A stretch of DNA of 64,000 nucleotides, taken from NCBI GenBank assembly GCA_965644295.1, contig CBFFRP010000016.1:62001-126000 (forward strand), written 5' to 3'. Positions 27,263 through 38,465 of this stretch are shown here, piece by piece (position 1 is the stretch's first letter; every line of letters begins with the position of its first letter). Under the pieces are notes generated by a model. It made no database searches, was not told the DNA's origin, and saw nothing but the letters and a program-made list of their open reading frames with translations. Origin of the DNA: Paraphysomonas bandaiensis. Taxonomy: Eukaryota; Protista; Chrysophyceae. A program made the position numbers and the translations under genes.

Positions 27263-28699
27263 GATTGCAGTGAGTAGCTCTGTGTGTATGCTCTCTCTCA
27301 ATGTAGTGTTTATTGTTCTTATATTCACTTCGAGTTGTGCAGATGTCCAGCAGCAGCGTGTGCAGTTAGTGTGGTATATGAGCCATATTTACTGTACCTA
27401 TCCCAGCCGTTCATACCATAGGTACGAAAACCACCATATTTCCAACAGTAGATATATAGAAACTGTAGATTTTTTGGTTTACTGAAGAGTATAACACTGC
27501 TGTATATCTATCATATCTATCACAGGTAACAGAGAATAGCTTTAATAGGTGCATGCCATGAACAGATAGACGTGTACTTCTCCCTAGAATACACTTCAAT
27601 AGCACCCCGTATGTCTTGATCATGGAGACAACTTACAGCTTAACGGACAGTGCATTGTCTGGCATGTCAGTCAATCATTACTGTTATAACAGTGACAGCG
27701 TGATCACAAGCAATAACAGCTGATATGGTGACGATTAGTCCATAGAAATAGATGGAGGTAACGGGCTGAGTATTCATGTTTTTGGCCTGCTGTTGTTTGT
27801 AGGTTCCAAAGCTACTTTGGTATATGATAATTGTAGAAATATACCAACCAATCTCATGAGCATATGCACTCTATGAGACGTAAGCAAGTCTTAATTGGTG
27901 AGAGGTACTGTGATACTGGTGAAACATAAGGCTGTGGTGACATTAAAGACATGTATTCACAATGGTGTGTAATATGACAGTAATTCATGGATTTGTTGAT
28001 CGAAGAAGAGATGCAGAAGTATCGGATGACTGGCTTGCAAAATTTTAGAATGTGCTATTGTCTATAATGTTTCACTTGTTGTAGTCAATAAAATATATAT
28101 CTGTGTAATTGAAGAACATTAAAACTTCAAGTGGAAGTATTTCTTTTTACACATGATGAGATAAGTATTTCTAATAATCTCTATTATGAATGAAAGTCAG
28201 AGGATTGTTGTCGAGAGCTTATTCAATGCAAATATTTGTCGTCTAGTAGAAAATATTCTTAGAAATGTTCACCAGCTTACACCATATGTTCGAAGGCTTG
28301 GAACTTTCATGCAGGTACATGTATTGCAATAGGAATTGATTTGCACACATCTTTATCGAAGCATATTTAGTGTACCAAGCACAAGATGCGACTAGGTGTA
28401 AAGGACCCAGGGATAGGAAACAATATATATTCGTTTGAATAACTGGAACATTTTTCTCATATACTCTAAAATAATTGCATCGATACAGTAATATATTGAA
28501 TCTTAAAAAAATTTAGTACTGAGATTTTAGCGGCAGGATAACGCTGGTTTATCTTTTCATATCTGCCTTCTAACTGGCGATTACGACGACTCCGCTCCTT
28601 CTAATTTTGACGCTTACATCCTTACATCATACCCCGACGAGAAATAGCTACAGTATAAAACAGTACTAAGAATAATCTGGGGGATAAATAACTGAGATA

Positions 28700-29085
28700 T
28701 TTCTCCTGGAAGCTAAGGTGAGCCGCATATATAGTCCGCAGATATTGTTCTGTTCACTCATAGCCAAATGCTTGTGTGGTATGTGGTGATACAAGGGACA
28801 CTAATAAGTGTGTCGTGCGTAGACGTCTTTGATCTTTGGGCCTTGATGAATAAACAGACATCCGGGAATGGACCCACCTCAAGGGCATCCGGGGTGTTGG
28901 GCTGCCTGCTGAAGCCAAGCATCCGGGCTGTTCACCTTAAGGACAGAGTGGGAGAGTGGTTGCACGGTGATGCTTGCGGTGACGAAACAAGCAGCTTTCG
29001 TAGCGCAAAATAATAGGATATCAGAGTTAAGCGCTAATTAGTTAAATTGTTTTGCTGCACTAGTTCTGAGTCTTACAATCCTATA
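28700..29085. repeat. Dispersed repeat family A, copy 2
   Basis: Contains the 5' blocks and the 3' block cgtagcgc..taggatatcagagttaagc..tagttaaattg..tagttctga. Confidence 0.85.
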
Positions 29086-29332
29086 GCTAATAGTCAGATA
29101 TTCACTATTCACTACTAGTACTAAGAATGCGATGTATTCCTTCTACCACAATGACGTCACAGCTTAACCGTGACTTTCCATGTCATAGAATGAACATATA
29201 TTTTGCAATTGAGTTTAATAGAAGTAGTTCACTTTGGTAGTAGCCATATGCGAAAAGTTATGTAGACTACACCGTCATCAGTACATTATTGATGAAATAC
29301 GGCACAACCATCCCATCGTAATATTACGGCGC

Positions 29333-30942
29333 TTAATTTTCGGGTGAAGTGTTATTTCCTTTTGGTGGTGTGCGCTTTTCAACCGTTTCCTCAATTACCC
29401 ACTTAAGGTAATCGGTACTCCCTCCTTTCACATCCACAGAAATAACTTCAGGAACATCATAAGAGTGTACCTCTTTTATAGCCGCAGTCGTCTCATCTAC
29501 TAGTTCTGAACTCGTCTGGAAATAGACCACGTGGATTAAATAGGGTAGAAGGTGTACACACTGTTACCTTTATGACCATCATTGCCTCGTCTCCTTCCTC
29601 CACTTGACCTTCCCACTCATACACGGACACGACTCTGGGCACAATATTTACACAAGCGGCAAGTTTCCTCTTAAGAAGATGCTTGGCTACAACTTTCGCT
29701 TCTTCAATGGACGGTGCGGTGCTCAATAGCACAGATACCTTGGGAGAGGACTCATCAGGTACATTAACACGTGAAGGCGAATTAAAAGCAGCCCATCTAG
29801 ATTCCTAGATGAGCATTAAATTACCATTGACAGGACATGAGAGTGTGTGTGCAACCTGTGTGTTCGGGTTGTAGTAATAAGGGTAACCATCTGGGGATAC
29901 GTACAGGTCCCATTCACTGTCCGTTGTCACTGAAGGTTCACTCAACCGAACAAACTGTGAGCAAAAGAGTGAGATATGAAGTCAACTTCTCGTTAGGATT
30001 ACACCTGTTCCGCTCCAGGGTATTCAGGAAGATGTAAGTTGTACTTCTTAACCAACGCAGGAGGAACAAACCTACGTTATAGAATTAGCTAGAATATTAA
30101 AGTACATGATAGCATTATACCTCCCGCCGAGGTAGTGAACTCCTGTGTATGCCCGCATGCACTCCTTTGGAGCGGTCAGAGATATTACCGCTAGTTCAAT
30201 TCACAACACCACATTAAACGTCAAAGAAGACAACAAAGACGCACCTACCTGCAGGTGTAAAGCCAGTGTTGTGTATGTCACCATCGTCAACACTCCATCC
30301 CGATGGTACATCCACTGAAAGCACAGGAACTGGGCTGGACGCCATGGCAGTAATTAGTTCACCGTACGGAGGTTTGGCTGGTCCTTTGAATGAGAAACCA
30401 AAGAGAGCATCCACCACTGCATCGTACTGACTCAGAGAAGGAATCTCATTAATCACAGGAATGCCAAGATCCTTGCATTGAACCACAAGATTCTCAAAAA
30501 TAGGTGCCTTTCCCTGCTTCATGTATAAGATAGTAGGCTCCATTCCGAAGTGGTACAAATGACGTGCCGCCACTAGGCCGTCTCCGCCATTATTCCCGGG
30601 ACCGCATACTATCAGCACTCTTTTCTTTTTCCCCGTATTTTTAACTATGAAATCACGAGTTGCTGCAGCGACACTCAAGCCAGCCAACTCCATCAGCTGA
30701 TCGATGCTGAATCCAGGGGAAGACATGAGCTGGACATCAATGTCCTTTGCTTGAGAGGCATCGAGATACGACAGAGTTGAGTCTGGAGATGCTGATGCCA
30801 TGAACGACATGCGAGGTATGAAGATGCTCATGAATGCACCTAAACGCAGTTTCGAGTTTGTCTTCTTAGTGAACCCCTGCGAGGATATCGCTGTAACAGC
30901 TGCGAGGGCTGTGATGGTTAGATTACGGTAAGATCTGAACAT
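29333..30942 (-). CDS. NAXE: Fusion protein: NAD(P)H-hydrate epimerase (YjeF_N/NAXE) - WW domain - CutA1, with N-terminal targeting-like leader; 6 exons
   Basis: Exons 30942-30249, 30190-30121, 30071-30005, 29954-29856, 29804-29568, 29515-29333, all GT-AG and phase-compatible. NAXE: QLMELAGLSVA, CGPGNNGGDGLVAARHL, DALFGFSF, SVDVPSGW, ISLTAPK, HYLGGRFVP. WW: EWDLYVSPDGYPYYYNPNTQ|ESRW. CutA: LAACVNIVP..SVYEWEGQVEE, HSYDVPEVI, YLKW. Confidence 0.85.
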
Positions 30943-31104
30943 TGTCAGTGCTAGCAATGAGCGGTAAATTAATGGAATAAAACTACTAGAGATTGATGCA
31001 CTATAAGCTACAAAACTTCATGTGCTGCTGTGTTCTTCACATTCCATTCTGCTGCTAGTGAAAGAATGCATCTAGATACAACATACGGCGTACTACTGCT
31101 CTAC

Positions 31105-31190
31105 GTATGTGTGTATGTATGTATGTATGTATGTATGTACGTATGTATGTATGTATGTATGTATGTATGTATGTATGTATGTATGTATGT
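31105..31190. repeat. (TATG)n microsatellite in the spacer between divergent genes
   Basis: About 20 units of gtat. Confidence 0.95.
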
Positions 31191-31403
31191 TTGTATTGTA
31201 CAGGAGTACAAGATGTAGAGTACACATCGGATACGACAATAAATGGTTGCAATGCCGAAACTAATCTGTACGGAAGTGAAGTGAGAAGACCACTTCGAGT
31301 GTTATGCTCCGCATCTTTGTCGCAGGGTCGGACAAGGATTGCTGAGTGTAGAGTAAACATGCGTTAGGATTTCTGGCTTCTTCTCGTAGTGATTGTTTGT
31401 TTG

Positions 31404-34400
31404 ATGTATTATATTATCATACTCTGCGCTTTACTCTGCAGCACTGTGTCTGGTTATAATGTGACGTCTGCTGATCGTGTGGTGTGGAGTTCTAATAGTT
31501 TTGGATGTGTGATTCATTCTCCCGGACTGTCTCCATCCTTCTATGTGTTGTCGTCTGCATACAACTGTACGACAGCAGCATGTTGGAGAATGGAATGTGT
31601 ACATTCGAACTGCTCTGGTCAAATAAGGGACATTGAGTTATTTTCGGATGGGTCACGGGGCAATCGTAGTGTTATGTTCACAGAGTTTTTATCCGGAATG
31701 CGTTTTGGTCTCCCATCGATTTCACCCTCGATGATTCACATTTCAGTGGGTGAGCGTGTTGTCTCTGTTTCCCAAGTTCATCAAATTCTAACTGGAAAGA
31801 GTACACTCCCGAGTGTTTATTGTCATCCTTCTTTTGACTCTATATCTACTCGTTTACCACTCAACGCTAACAATTCTTTGTTACGCACCCTTCGGTTACC
31901 CAATGAGACGATCTGTGAAGACTGTCCATGCGTGCACTTCAGTGGTGAAGACAACAAGTGTTCTTTACGTCTAGTGTGCACAGAGGAAGTAAAGAGTAAT
32001 AATCGAGAAAACACCATGTTTTCATGTTGTCCTGGCCTTGTTAGTGAAGATACTCATTCAGTTGCTTCCCATTCGGCTCCTATTACTGCTACATTCAGCC
32101 CCGATGGCCTCTCGTTCTCAGTACATTTTGTATCTCAATATTTGATTCCAATGAGTTGGTTGGTATCAGATATTTCACATGAGTCCACAAAAAAATGGGG
32201 GCTTTCAACCGCACCCCCGTATGCTAATTGTCAAACTATTTTCTCTCCTGCTACGTATTCTCGGTTACTCCCTCCTAACTACCGTGTGACCAATACCTAC
32301 CCAGTGTGCAAGTGGATGGATGACACAGGAAATAGCGACGCCGTCGTTCTAATGGTGTATTTGCCAAATAATGCACTCATACGAGCAAGTGAATGGTTAG
32401 GATTCTCATTCAATGTGAATTTATCGACCACTGAAACTCGAGGAGGCGCTGTTAGCGAAGCTGTATTGGAACGAGAGTTGCTGAGTCGGTGGGTGGACAT
32501 AAAAAATAGATATGATTCGATTGCAGCTGCTGACCATGAGTCTATCATTTATGCCAGTAACCGCAGTAAATTAGTTGACAGCACTAAAGTTGGAAATATA
32601 TCGTGGGTCATCAGTCTCTCTAGCTCTAGTAGAGCTCCAACGCGGGCGCCAACTGAACCCCCCAGTATTCGTCCTTCCACTGACCCCTCGTTATCTCCAT
32701 CCTACGTTCCATCTGAAACAAGTCCTAGCCTTTCACCAACACATGTTCTGCATAATGTATCAGCGTACCCGTTTTCTGAAGTCAATAGTTCTGAACATAT
32801 TGACGGAAATAGGACGTCTAATCGGCCCACAGCAGCAGTGCTGAATATGTCATCCACTGCTCAGGGTGCAGTTAATACCACTACCCTTGATATTACAGTT
32901 AATGATTACAATAGCAGCACACATAACAATGGTTCTTTCTTCTTTCTTTTACCTTATTACTCGTTGTCAGTTAATTACTCGACCGTTTTGCTTCCGCCGC
33001 CCTCCGGATGGGTCGAGCCAACACTCCTCCTTTTAGCACCGTCTGAGATTTATTCGCCTTGTTTGTCGTGGCCATGTAGTCAGGCCACCCCTGGAAATGA
33101 GTTGGTACTTGATGCGTCAGCATCATATGGAGGTGGTATTGTCGGATTGTCATTTTCATGGTTTGTCTCGTCTGTGTCATGTACCCAAGTGTCCACCAAA
33201 TGCCTCTACTCCACCGCTGTACTGGATAGTAATATGGCTGCAATTGAGAGTTATATACTGAGAAATTTCGGTGATAGTGACAGCATATTACGAATACCAT
33301 CGCGATTACTTCTCTCAAATACTCTCATCAGTTTACATATTTCACTGTCCAGCGAGCCGAGCAGAACATACGAGTCGACGTATGCAGACGTTGATGTCGT
33401 CATCACTGATCATGTATCGCCTACCGTGACAATTGATGCTTGTTATTTTCATTCAAACTCTAGTAAGATGCATAGAGACCCTCCTAATTTTGTTTTGAAC
33501 GGGCAGAAGACTCCAATTCAACGAAGTATTTTGTGGGATATGAATACCCTTGATCCTCTCCAACCCATCATTGACTTTCCTTTCAACTCCCTTCCGTTAT
33601 CCCATGATGTTCAGTTTTTTTGGGCTGTGTATGATTTCGTTGAGATAAATGCCTCAATGTATGAGAAGAATTCAGCGGCAAATAGTTCCAGTTCAGATGT
33701 AGAGAAATCAGCAACTTATGAAGTTTCACTGACAACAGAAAATAGAAGTGTGAATGGTCGACTGGTTTTCAGTAGTCGAAGTCGATTGTTGTCTATACCA
33801 CCAGGGCTTCTTGAGTGTGGCAGTGTGCTTGAGTGTTCTCCTCGTAATCAGAGTAGATACATTGTCACTTTGGCTGTTGATATGCATAGTCCAAGGGACG
33901 TAAATCGTGCTGGCGAAACACCTGTTGTAGTTGCATGGCTGAATGTTTTGCCCCTTCGCGTTGCACCTCGTATTATAGGAGGTAGCCGATGCGTTCATTC
34001 TGACACTGCTGTTGTTCTTCAAAATGCTCAAATTAGTGGTATTGATGAGAGTAGGGTTTCATATGAATGGTCATGCTGGGTTGTCGATACACGAAATGCG
34101 GAGATTATGGAGGGTACGCAGTCAGGCCCGATTAATTTTCAAACTCAGTGCAGTACTGGGAACGAATTTTCTTCCATATCGAACGAAATAACATCAGCTG
34201 ATATATCTCGCACAGCCAGCTGTACCCCGAGCCTCCGAATTGGGTGCGGCGGCCATAATATTACAACACGACGTCGAAAAAGAGTTCAGTCTACGAGCGA
34301 CTTCTTAATCTTAGAGCCATATAGCTTAGCTGAAGGTGTGCAGTATAAAATATGCCTTGGTTTGCGATTGGGGAGCAGTTCTAGTAACCATCACTGTGTG

Positions 34401-37400
34401 GGAGTGTATGTATATATTCCTGATTTTAGTGATAGTATTGAGTTACACTCCAATGCTAGTTTGCGAGAGAAATCTATTTTCCTAGGTCCCGCTGGCCCAC
34501 CTTCAATGAATGTTGACAGCCGCTTGAAAAGCTTTGCGCCATTTTTGATTCATGCTCCTTTTATTTTCGATATACGAAGGGGACGTCGGCCAACTGGTGG
34601 ACATGCTGCTGAAATAAATAGCGAACATCCAGTGAGAGTGCTGGCCCTTATGCAGTCTGTGAACACCTCGTCGCCTGGAATGTATCGATTACCTATTTGC
34701 AGCACAATGTCAACCACGAACACTCCGAGTACGCAGTGGGGCATTTCTCAGATCCTGCCTAAAGTTCATGCTTTACATAAAAATGCACCTGCGAATGCGG
34801 TGGTGTATCTTCAGTCAACCCATTCAGGTCAGCTGTCGATTGCGAGAAATAGTTTCAGCGGTGGACTATCATTTGTATTATCTGTTACTGGTAAATGCCA
34901 TAGCAATGATATGCATGGTTTCGTTGAGCGGGGTTATGCTGAAATTAATGTTGTTGTCCGAACAGAACCCTGGGATGGAAGCTTAAATGTATTTCCTTCA
35001 ACTGGGACGGCATTTGAAACAATGTTTTCTGTGCGACAAAGTGACTGGCTGGTCTCAAGCTACGATTCCGACTTACCATTGCAATTTTCCTTTCACTACT
35101 CTTCGTCGCATATTTTGAATAAAATCAATCCTGACGCTGTATTAGAGAACTTTACTGCTTACTATCACCATGCTTCGAATGAACGTGGAGAACTGATAAT
35201 GCACCCCAATTCGATTTGTTTCCGAGACTGGATGCGAACGCCACACGCAACTCTGCGAGCTCCTCACTTACGACCCTCAGCTGTGGATATATCAAACCCA
35301 TACAATGGGTACGACAATCTCTGGAACGCATCTCTCTTCTCAAACTCATGTTCTATTATTGTTGTGTCTGGCTATGTCAGAACATACGCCGGTGGAATCG
35401 CTGTACGACATGCTGATATTAGTGTATGTCCCCCACCGATTGTGTCCACATCTGTAAATGCTATCACCGAAGCCAAGGTGTACTCCAAGAATCTATCTAC
35501 TATGGCAGCCCTGAAAGTTGTTCATGATTATACTGATAATATATCGACAACTGTACTGTCGAACTACATACGATCCCAGGACACATTGCAGTCGGTCTCA
35601 ATGCTGCATTCACTAGCCTCTTTTATGAACACTTATTTACCCAAATCTCCGTGGGGTGTATTCAAGTCCTCATGCAGAAGACGCGAAATGAGAACCACTA
35701 TGATCGCACAGCTGGAGGTGGTAGCATCTTGGCAACTCACACGATCGAACGTCACCATCGAAAAAACAAACTTGGAATTCAATACGGTGGATTTCACATA
35801 CATGCGACTTGTTCCTTTTGTATTCTCACAAGCATGCATAGAACTTGGTCTCTTCCCCCATGATATGAATGAAGTCGGAAAAAAAAGGCTACTGCGCTTA
35901 GTCTATGCCATAGTTAAGATGCGTTTGGCGGATGCACAACCAACGACAACTAGCCTAGGGTATTCTCGGGAGGAGAATTGTGTGAGTCTGTTTTATAGTC
36001 GGTATGCGTCGTCGGTATCCTATCTCCTAGCTACTCTCGACCATTCTGCCCCTCTGATAGTGAAGACTTATAACGATAGCACGAAATCGCCTATGAGAGA
36101 AATGCGAAGTAATGGATATGATATCAAGGGGTATATTCATGAACTTCCTGGAGCGAACCTCAGTCATGATACTCTGTACAAGCAATCGTTGTTGGGGTTG
36201 AGACAGATTTTGGTGGGTTGTTCGCTATTGGGTGACACGGTGGGAAGTGGGGTTGATCAGACTTTATATTCTCTTCCCTTACCACAGCCACAACTCCGCA
36301 CAAATACTCCAACTTTGAGTCCTACTTCACACACTAGTGGACCGTTTAACAATATGACACTGAATAGGCCTGACGATTCTCTACGGTACAATCAAAATAT
36401 TACAAGAAATTTTTCCAATAGCTCTTTTTTTGTTAACTTTACTTTAAACGAGCTCGTGAATTCTACTGCAGATGATTTTAGCTTATCGCCTACTCCTTCT
36501 CAGACGCCGTCGGTATATACGTCTTTGCAATCACAGGAGTTCGTTGAGTTTCTTTACGAGGGAGGAAGTCAAATTGCAGCTCTGAGACAGCCAGCATTCA
36601 TTGATATATCTCAGGCATCTGTTGTTGTGGGTGAAAACCAGAATTCTGGTGGTCCAGATGATATTGAATATCGTCCACCTGGATTTAGTGCGGAGAGCAG
36701 TATAGATCCTTCTACCCACTCGTTTTTACAACTTCCTTGTGAATCTTCGAATTCAGCTGATTGCTATTCCTCGTCATCGCTAATTACACGCTCGCGAAAA
36801 AGTCTTCATGCATTGTCACTGCATGAAGTGTTTGAATTGACAGCTTCTTCTGAAGGATATATCGATATATCTTTGTTTAATATCGCTCAGCGAGATGTCA
36901 GCGGACAGGAACTGTCAGCGTCTGACACATTTACTAGTAGGAGTACCTCTTCATCATGGGGAGAAAGAAACGAAGAGTACTTGGGCAGGTCGTGGATACC
37001 TCATTCTGGTGACGATCGCGGTGTATCGGATGCTGTCATTGTTGAGTTTAAGACCTATGGCGACGACGTCGAACCTCTCTATAATCTATCACGACCAGTT
37101 GAGGTTGGAGTCAAAGTTTCTCGTCCAGACGTGCTCTGGAAGCTAGTGGTGATAGAAGATGAAGATTTATTCGATGGCGTGTCGAAACAATACAGGCCAC
37201 CTTATCTACGCTCTTCTGGCGCAAGTGTTGTAAATATTACTCGCGACAACGAATATTTAGAGGGATATTTGTCTTTTTCTCCTCGATGGGTTAGGTGCGA
37301 AATGTTCGACTCTGATAGTATGACTTGGGTGAAGCCTTCTTGGCTGGATGGATGGTGGTCACCTGACGTTGTTTCTTTCACAAGTCGGAAGGAGCTTGAG

Positions 37401-38465
37401 AGTGCTGCGGAGCAACACATGATGAGCTTTGGAAGCATGAATTCCGGAAGAAGATTAGATGAAAATGTCCGACAGAATGGTGAGAGTGTATATCTCGCCC
37501 TGAACAGCAGTGTTGATATGCTTCCGACGTCCCTTAGTTGTTTCGTGAATTCGCTGCCGGTGTCGTCGTACCAGCCATGGGATAATGGGACTGCTTTCTG
37601 GCTCCAATGGCGTGTTGTAGTTCAGTCATCTGACCCCTGTGGGGGATGCAGCGATCACGGTGTGTGTGTGTTGTTTCGTACTGCGCCCGTGTGTCTGTGT
37701 CAAAATAACTATCGTGGTCGTTTCTGCGATGAGTATGTTAGCACAAATAAGACTTCTAGTGACACCGAGAAGTGGCTTCTGTCGCGGTCTATTTCGTCAG
37801 GAGGCTTACGCGGCATTGGCTTGCTATCCGCTATACTCCTTGTTTGTTGTATTATATGCGGTGTGGGAAATAAGCTCTTTTATGCCCACCAGCAGGCGAT
37901 TCTATTCAACCCGCAGTATGACTTTGTTAGTCAGGATGATTCGGCTTTTACTTATCAGGGGGAAAACGTCCAGCCAGGGAGGGATATGTACAGTGCGGGT
38001 TGTGACGGCTGTATGTGCGTAGTATGCCAATGTACTCATTCTCAGAGTGGCCGACATGTAGACAGTAAGGAAGAAGACAGCGAGGGTTCAATGCGGTCTG
38101 TGTCGTTTCCTTCGGGTACGGGTGGACGGTCTTTGCTCTTCGACTCATTGAAGTACGCATTCCACGGAAGGGTAATGTACGACATCGCGTCGGATGACTG
38201 TGGAGACATAACTTCGCTCGGGGAATATACCAATGATAATGCGTCTCATATGTACGATGAATGGACCTTAGGAGTACCCATTCAGAACATTGAATCGAGG
38301 GAATTTTTCAATAGCCCATTTTCAAATGAACAGCAGCACAATGATGCAGATTTAAATTATAGCGATGCATGTGCACAAGACATTGAAGATTATGAACCGC
38401 GAGAGAGACGAGAAAATATTCCCGGCCTCAGATATCGTAGTAAAATATATGAGCGATGTTCATAA
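31404..38465 (+). CDS. Large intronless type I membrane protein: signal peptide, mucin-like PT/PS repeats, REJ (polycystin-1-like) module, degenerate GAIN/GPS region, EGF, single TM
   Basis: MYYIIILCALLCSTVSG signal; LVLDASASY, YEWSCW, PWDGSLNVFPSTGTAFETMF..W..PLQFSF (REJ-like); CSDHGVC..CLCQNNYRGRFC (EGF); IGLLSAILLVCCIICGV (TM). Confidence 0.8.
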   Translation: MYYIIILCALLCSTVSGYNVTSADRVVWSSNSFGCVIHSPGLSPSFYVLSSAYNCTTAACWRMECVHSNCSGQIRDIELFSDGSRGNRSVMFTEFLSGMRFGLPSISPSMIHISVGERVVSVSQVHQILTGKSTLPSVYCHPSFDSISTRLPLNANNSLLRTLRLPNETICEDCPCVHFSGEDNKCSLRLVCTEEVKSNNRENTMFSCCPGLVSEDTHSVASHSAPITATFSPDGLSFSVHFVSQYLIPMSWLVSDISHESTKKWGLSTAPPYANCQTIFSPATYSRLLPPNYRVTNTYPVCKWMDDTGNSDAVVLMVYLPNNALIRASEWLGFSFNVNLSTTETRGGAVSEAVLERELLSRWVDIKNRYDSIAAADHESIIYASNRSKLVDSTKVGNISWVISLSSSSRAPTRAPTEPPSIRPSTDPSLSPSYVPSETSPSLSPTHVLHNVSAYPFSEVNSSEHIDGNRTSNRPTAAVLNMSSTAQGAVNTTTLDITVNDYNSSTHNNGSFFFLLPYYSLSVNYSTVLLPPPSGWVEPTLLLLAPSEIYSPCLSWPCSQATPGNELVLDASASYGGGIVGLSFSWFVSSVSCTQVSTKCLYSTAVLDSNMAAIESYILRNFGDSDSILRIPSRLLLSNTLISLHISLSSEPSRTYESTYADVDVVITDHVSPTVTIDACYFHSNSSKMHRDPPNFVLNGQKTPIQRSILWDMNTLDPLQPIIDFPFNSLPLSHDVQFFWAVYDFVEINASMYEKNSAANSSSSDVEKSATYEVSLTTENRSVNGRLVFSSRSRLLSIPPGLLECGSVLECSPRNQSRYIVTLAVDMHSPRDVNRAGETPVVVAWLNVLPLRVAPRIIGGSRCVHSDTAVVLQNAQISGIDESRVSYEWSCWVVDTRNAEIMEGTQSGPINFQTQCSTGNEFSSISNEITSADISRTASCTPSLRIGCGGHNITTRRRKRVQSTSDFLILEPYSLAEGVQYKICLGLRLGSSSSNHHCVGVYVYIPDFSDSIELHSNASLREKSIFLGPAGPPSMNVDSRLKSFAPFLIHAPFIFDIRRGRRPTGGHAAEINSEHPVRVLALMQSVNTSSPGMYRLPICSTMSTTNTPSTQWGISQILPKVHALHKNAPANAVVYLQSTHSGQLSIARNSFSGGLSFVLSVTGKCHSNDMHGFVERGYAEINVVVRTEPWDGSLNVFPSTGTAFETMFSVRQSDWLVSSYDSDLPLQFSFHYSSSHILNKINPDAVLENFTAYYHHASNERGELIMHPNSICFRDWMRTPHATLRAPHLRPSAVDISNPYNGYDNLWNASLFSNSCSIIVVSGYVRTYAGGIAVRHADISVCPPPIVSTSVNAITEAKVYSKNLSTMAALKVVHDYTDNISTTVLSNYIRSQDTLQSVSMLHSLASFMNTYLPKSPWGVFKSSCRRREMRTTMIAQLEVVASWQLTRSNVTIEKTNLEFNTVDFTYMRLVPFVFSQACIELGLFPHDMNEVGKKRLLRLVYAIVKMRLADAQPTTTSLGYSREENCVSLFYSRYASSVSYLLATLDHSAPLIVKTYNDSTKSPMREMRSNGYDIKGYIHELPGANLSHDTLYKQSLLGLRQILVGCSLLGDTVGSGVDQTLYSLPLPQPQLRTNTPTLSPTSHTSGPFNNMTLNRPDDSLRYNQNITRNFSNSSFFVNFTLNELVNSTADDFSLSPTPSQTPSVYTSLQSQEFVEFLYEGGSQIAALRQPAFIDISQASVVVGENQNSGGPDDIEYRPPGFSAESSIDPSTHSFLQLPCESSNSADCYSSSSLITRSRKSLHALSLHEVFELTASSEGYIDISLFNIAQRDVSGQELSASDTFTSRSTSSSWGERNEEYLGRSWIPHSGDDRGVSDAVIVEFKTYGDDVEPLYNLSRPVEVGVKVSRPDVLWKLVVIEDEDLFDGVSKQYRPPYLRSSGASVVNITRDNEYLEGYLSFSPRWVRCEMFDSDSMTWVKPSWLDGWWSPDVVSFTSRKELESAAEQHMMSFGSMNSGRRLDENVRQNGESVYLALNSSVDMLPTSLSCFVNSLPVSSYQPWDNGTAFWLQWRVVVQSSDPCGGCSDHGVCVLFRTAPVCLCQNNYRGRFCDEYVSTNKTSSDTEKWLLSRSISSGGLRGIGLLSAILLVCCIICGVGNKLFYAHQQAILFNPQYDFVSQDDSAFTYQGENVQPGRDMYSAGCDGCMCVVCQCTHSQSGRHVDSKEEDSEGSMRSVSFPSGTGGRSLLFDSLKYAFHGRVMYDIASDDCGDITSLGEYTNDNASHMYDEWTLGVPIQNIESREFFNSPFSNEQQHNDADLNYSDACAQDIEDYEPRERRENIPGLRYRSKIYERCS

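Noticed and set aside
28960-29035. Hammerhead ribozyme in family A (CTGATA..CGAAA on the minus strand)
   Set aside because: Core is not CUGANGA and stems I-III cannot be built convincingly
15060-30942. QPRT and NAXE as a possible NAD gene cluster
   Set aside because: 13 kb apart with six unrelated genes between; chance proximity is sufficient
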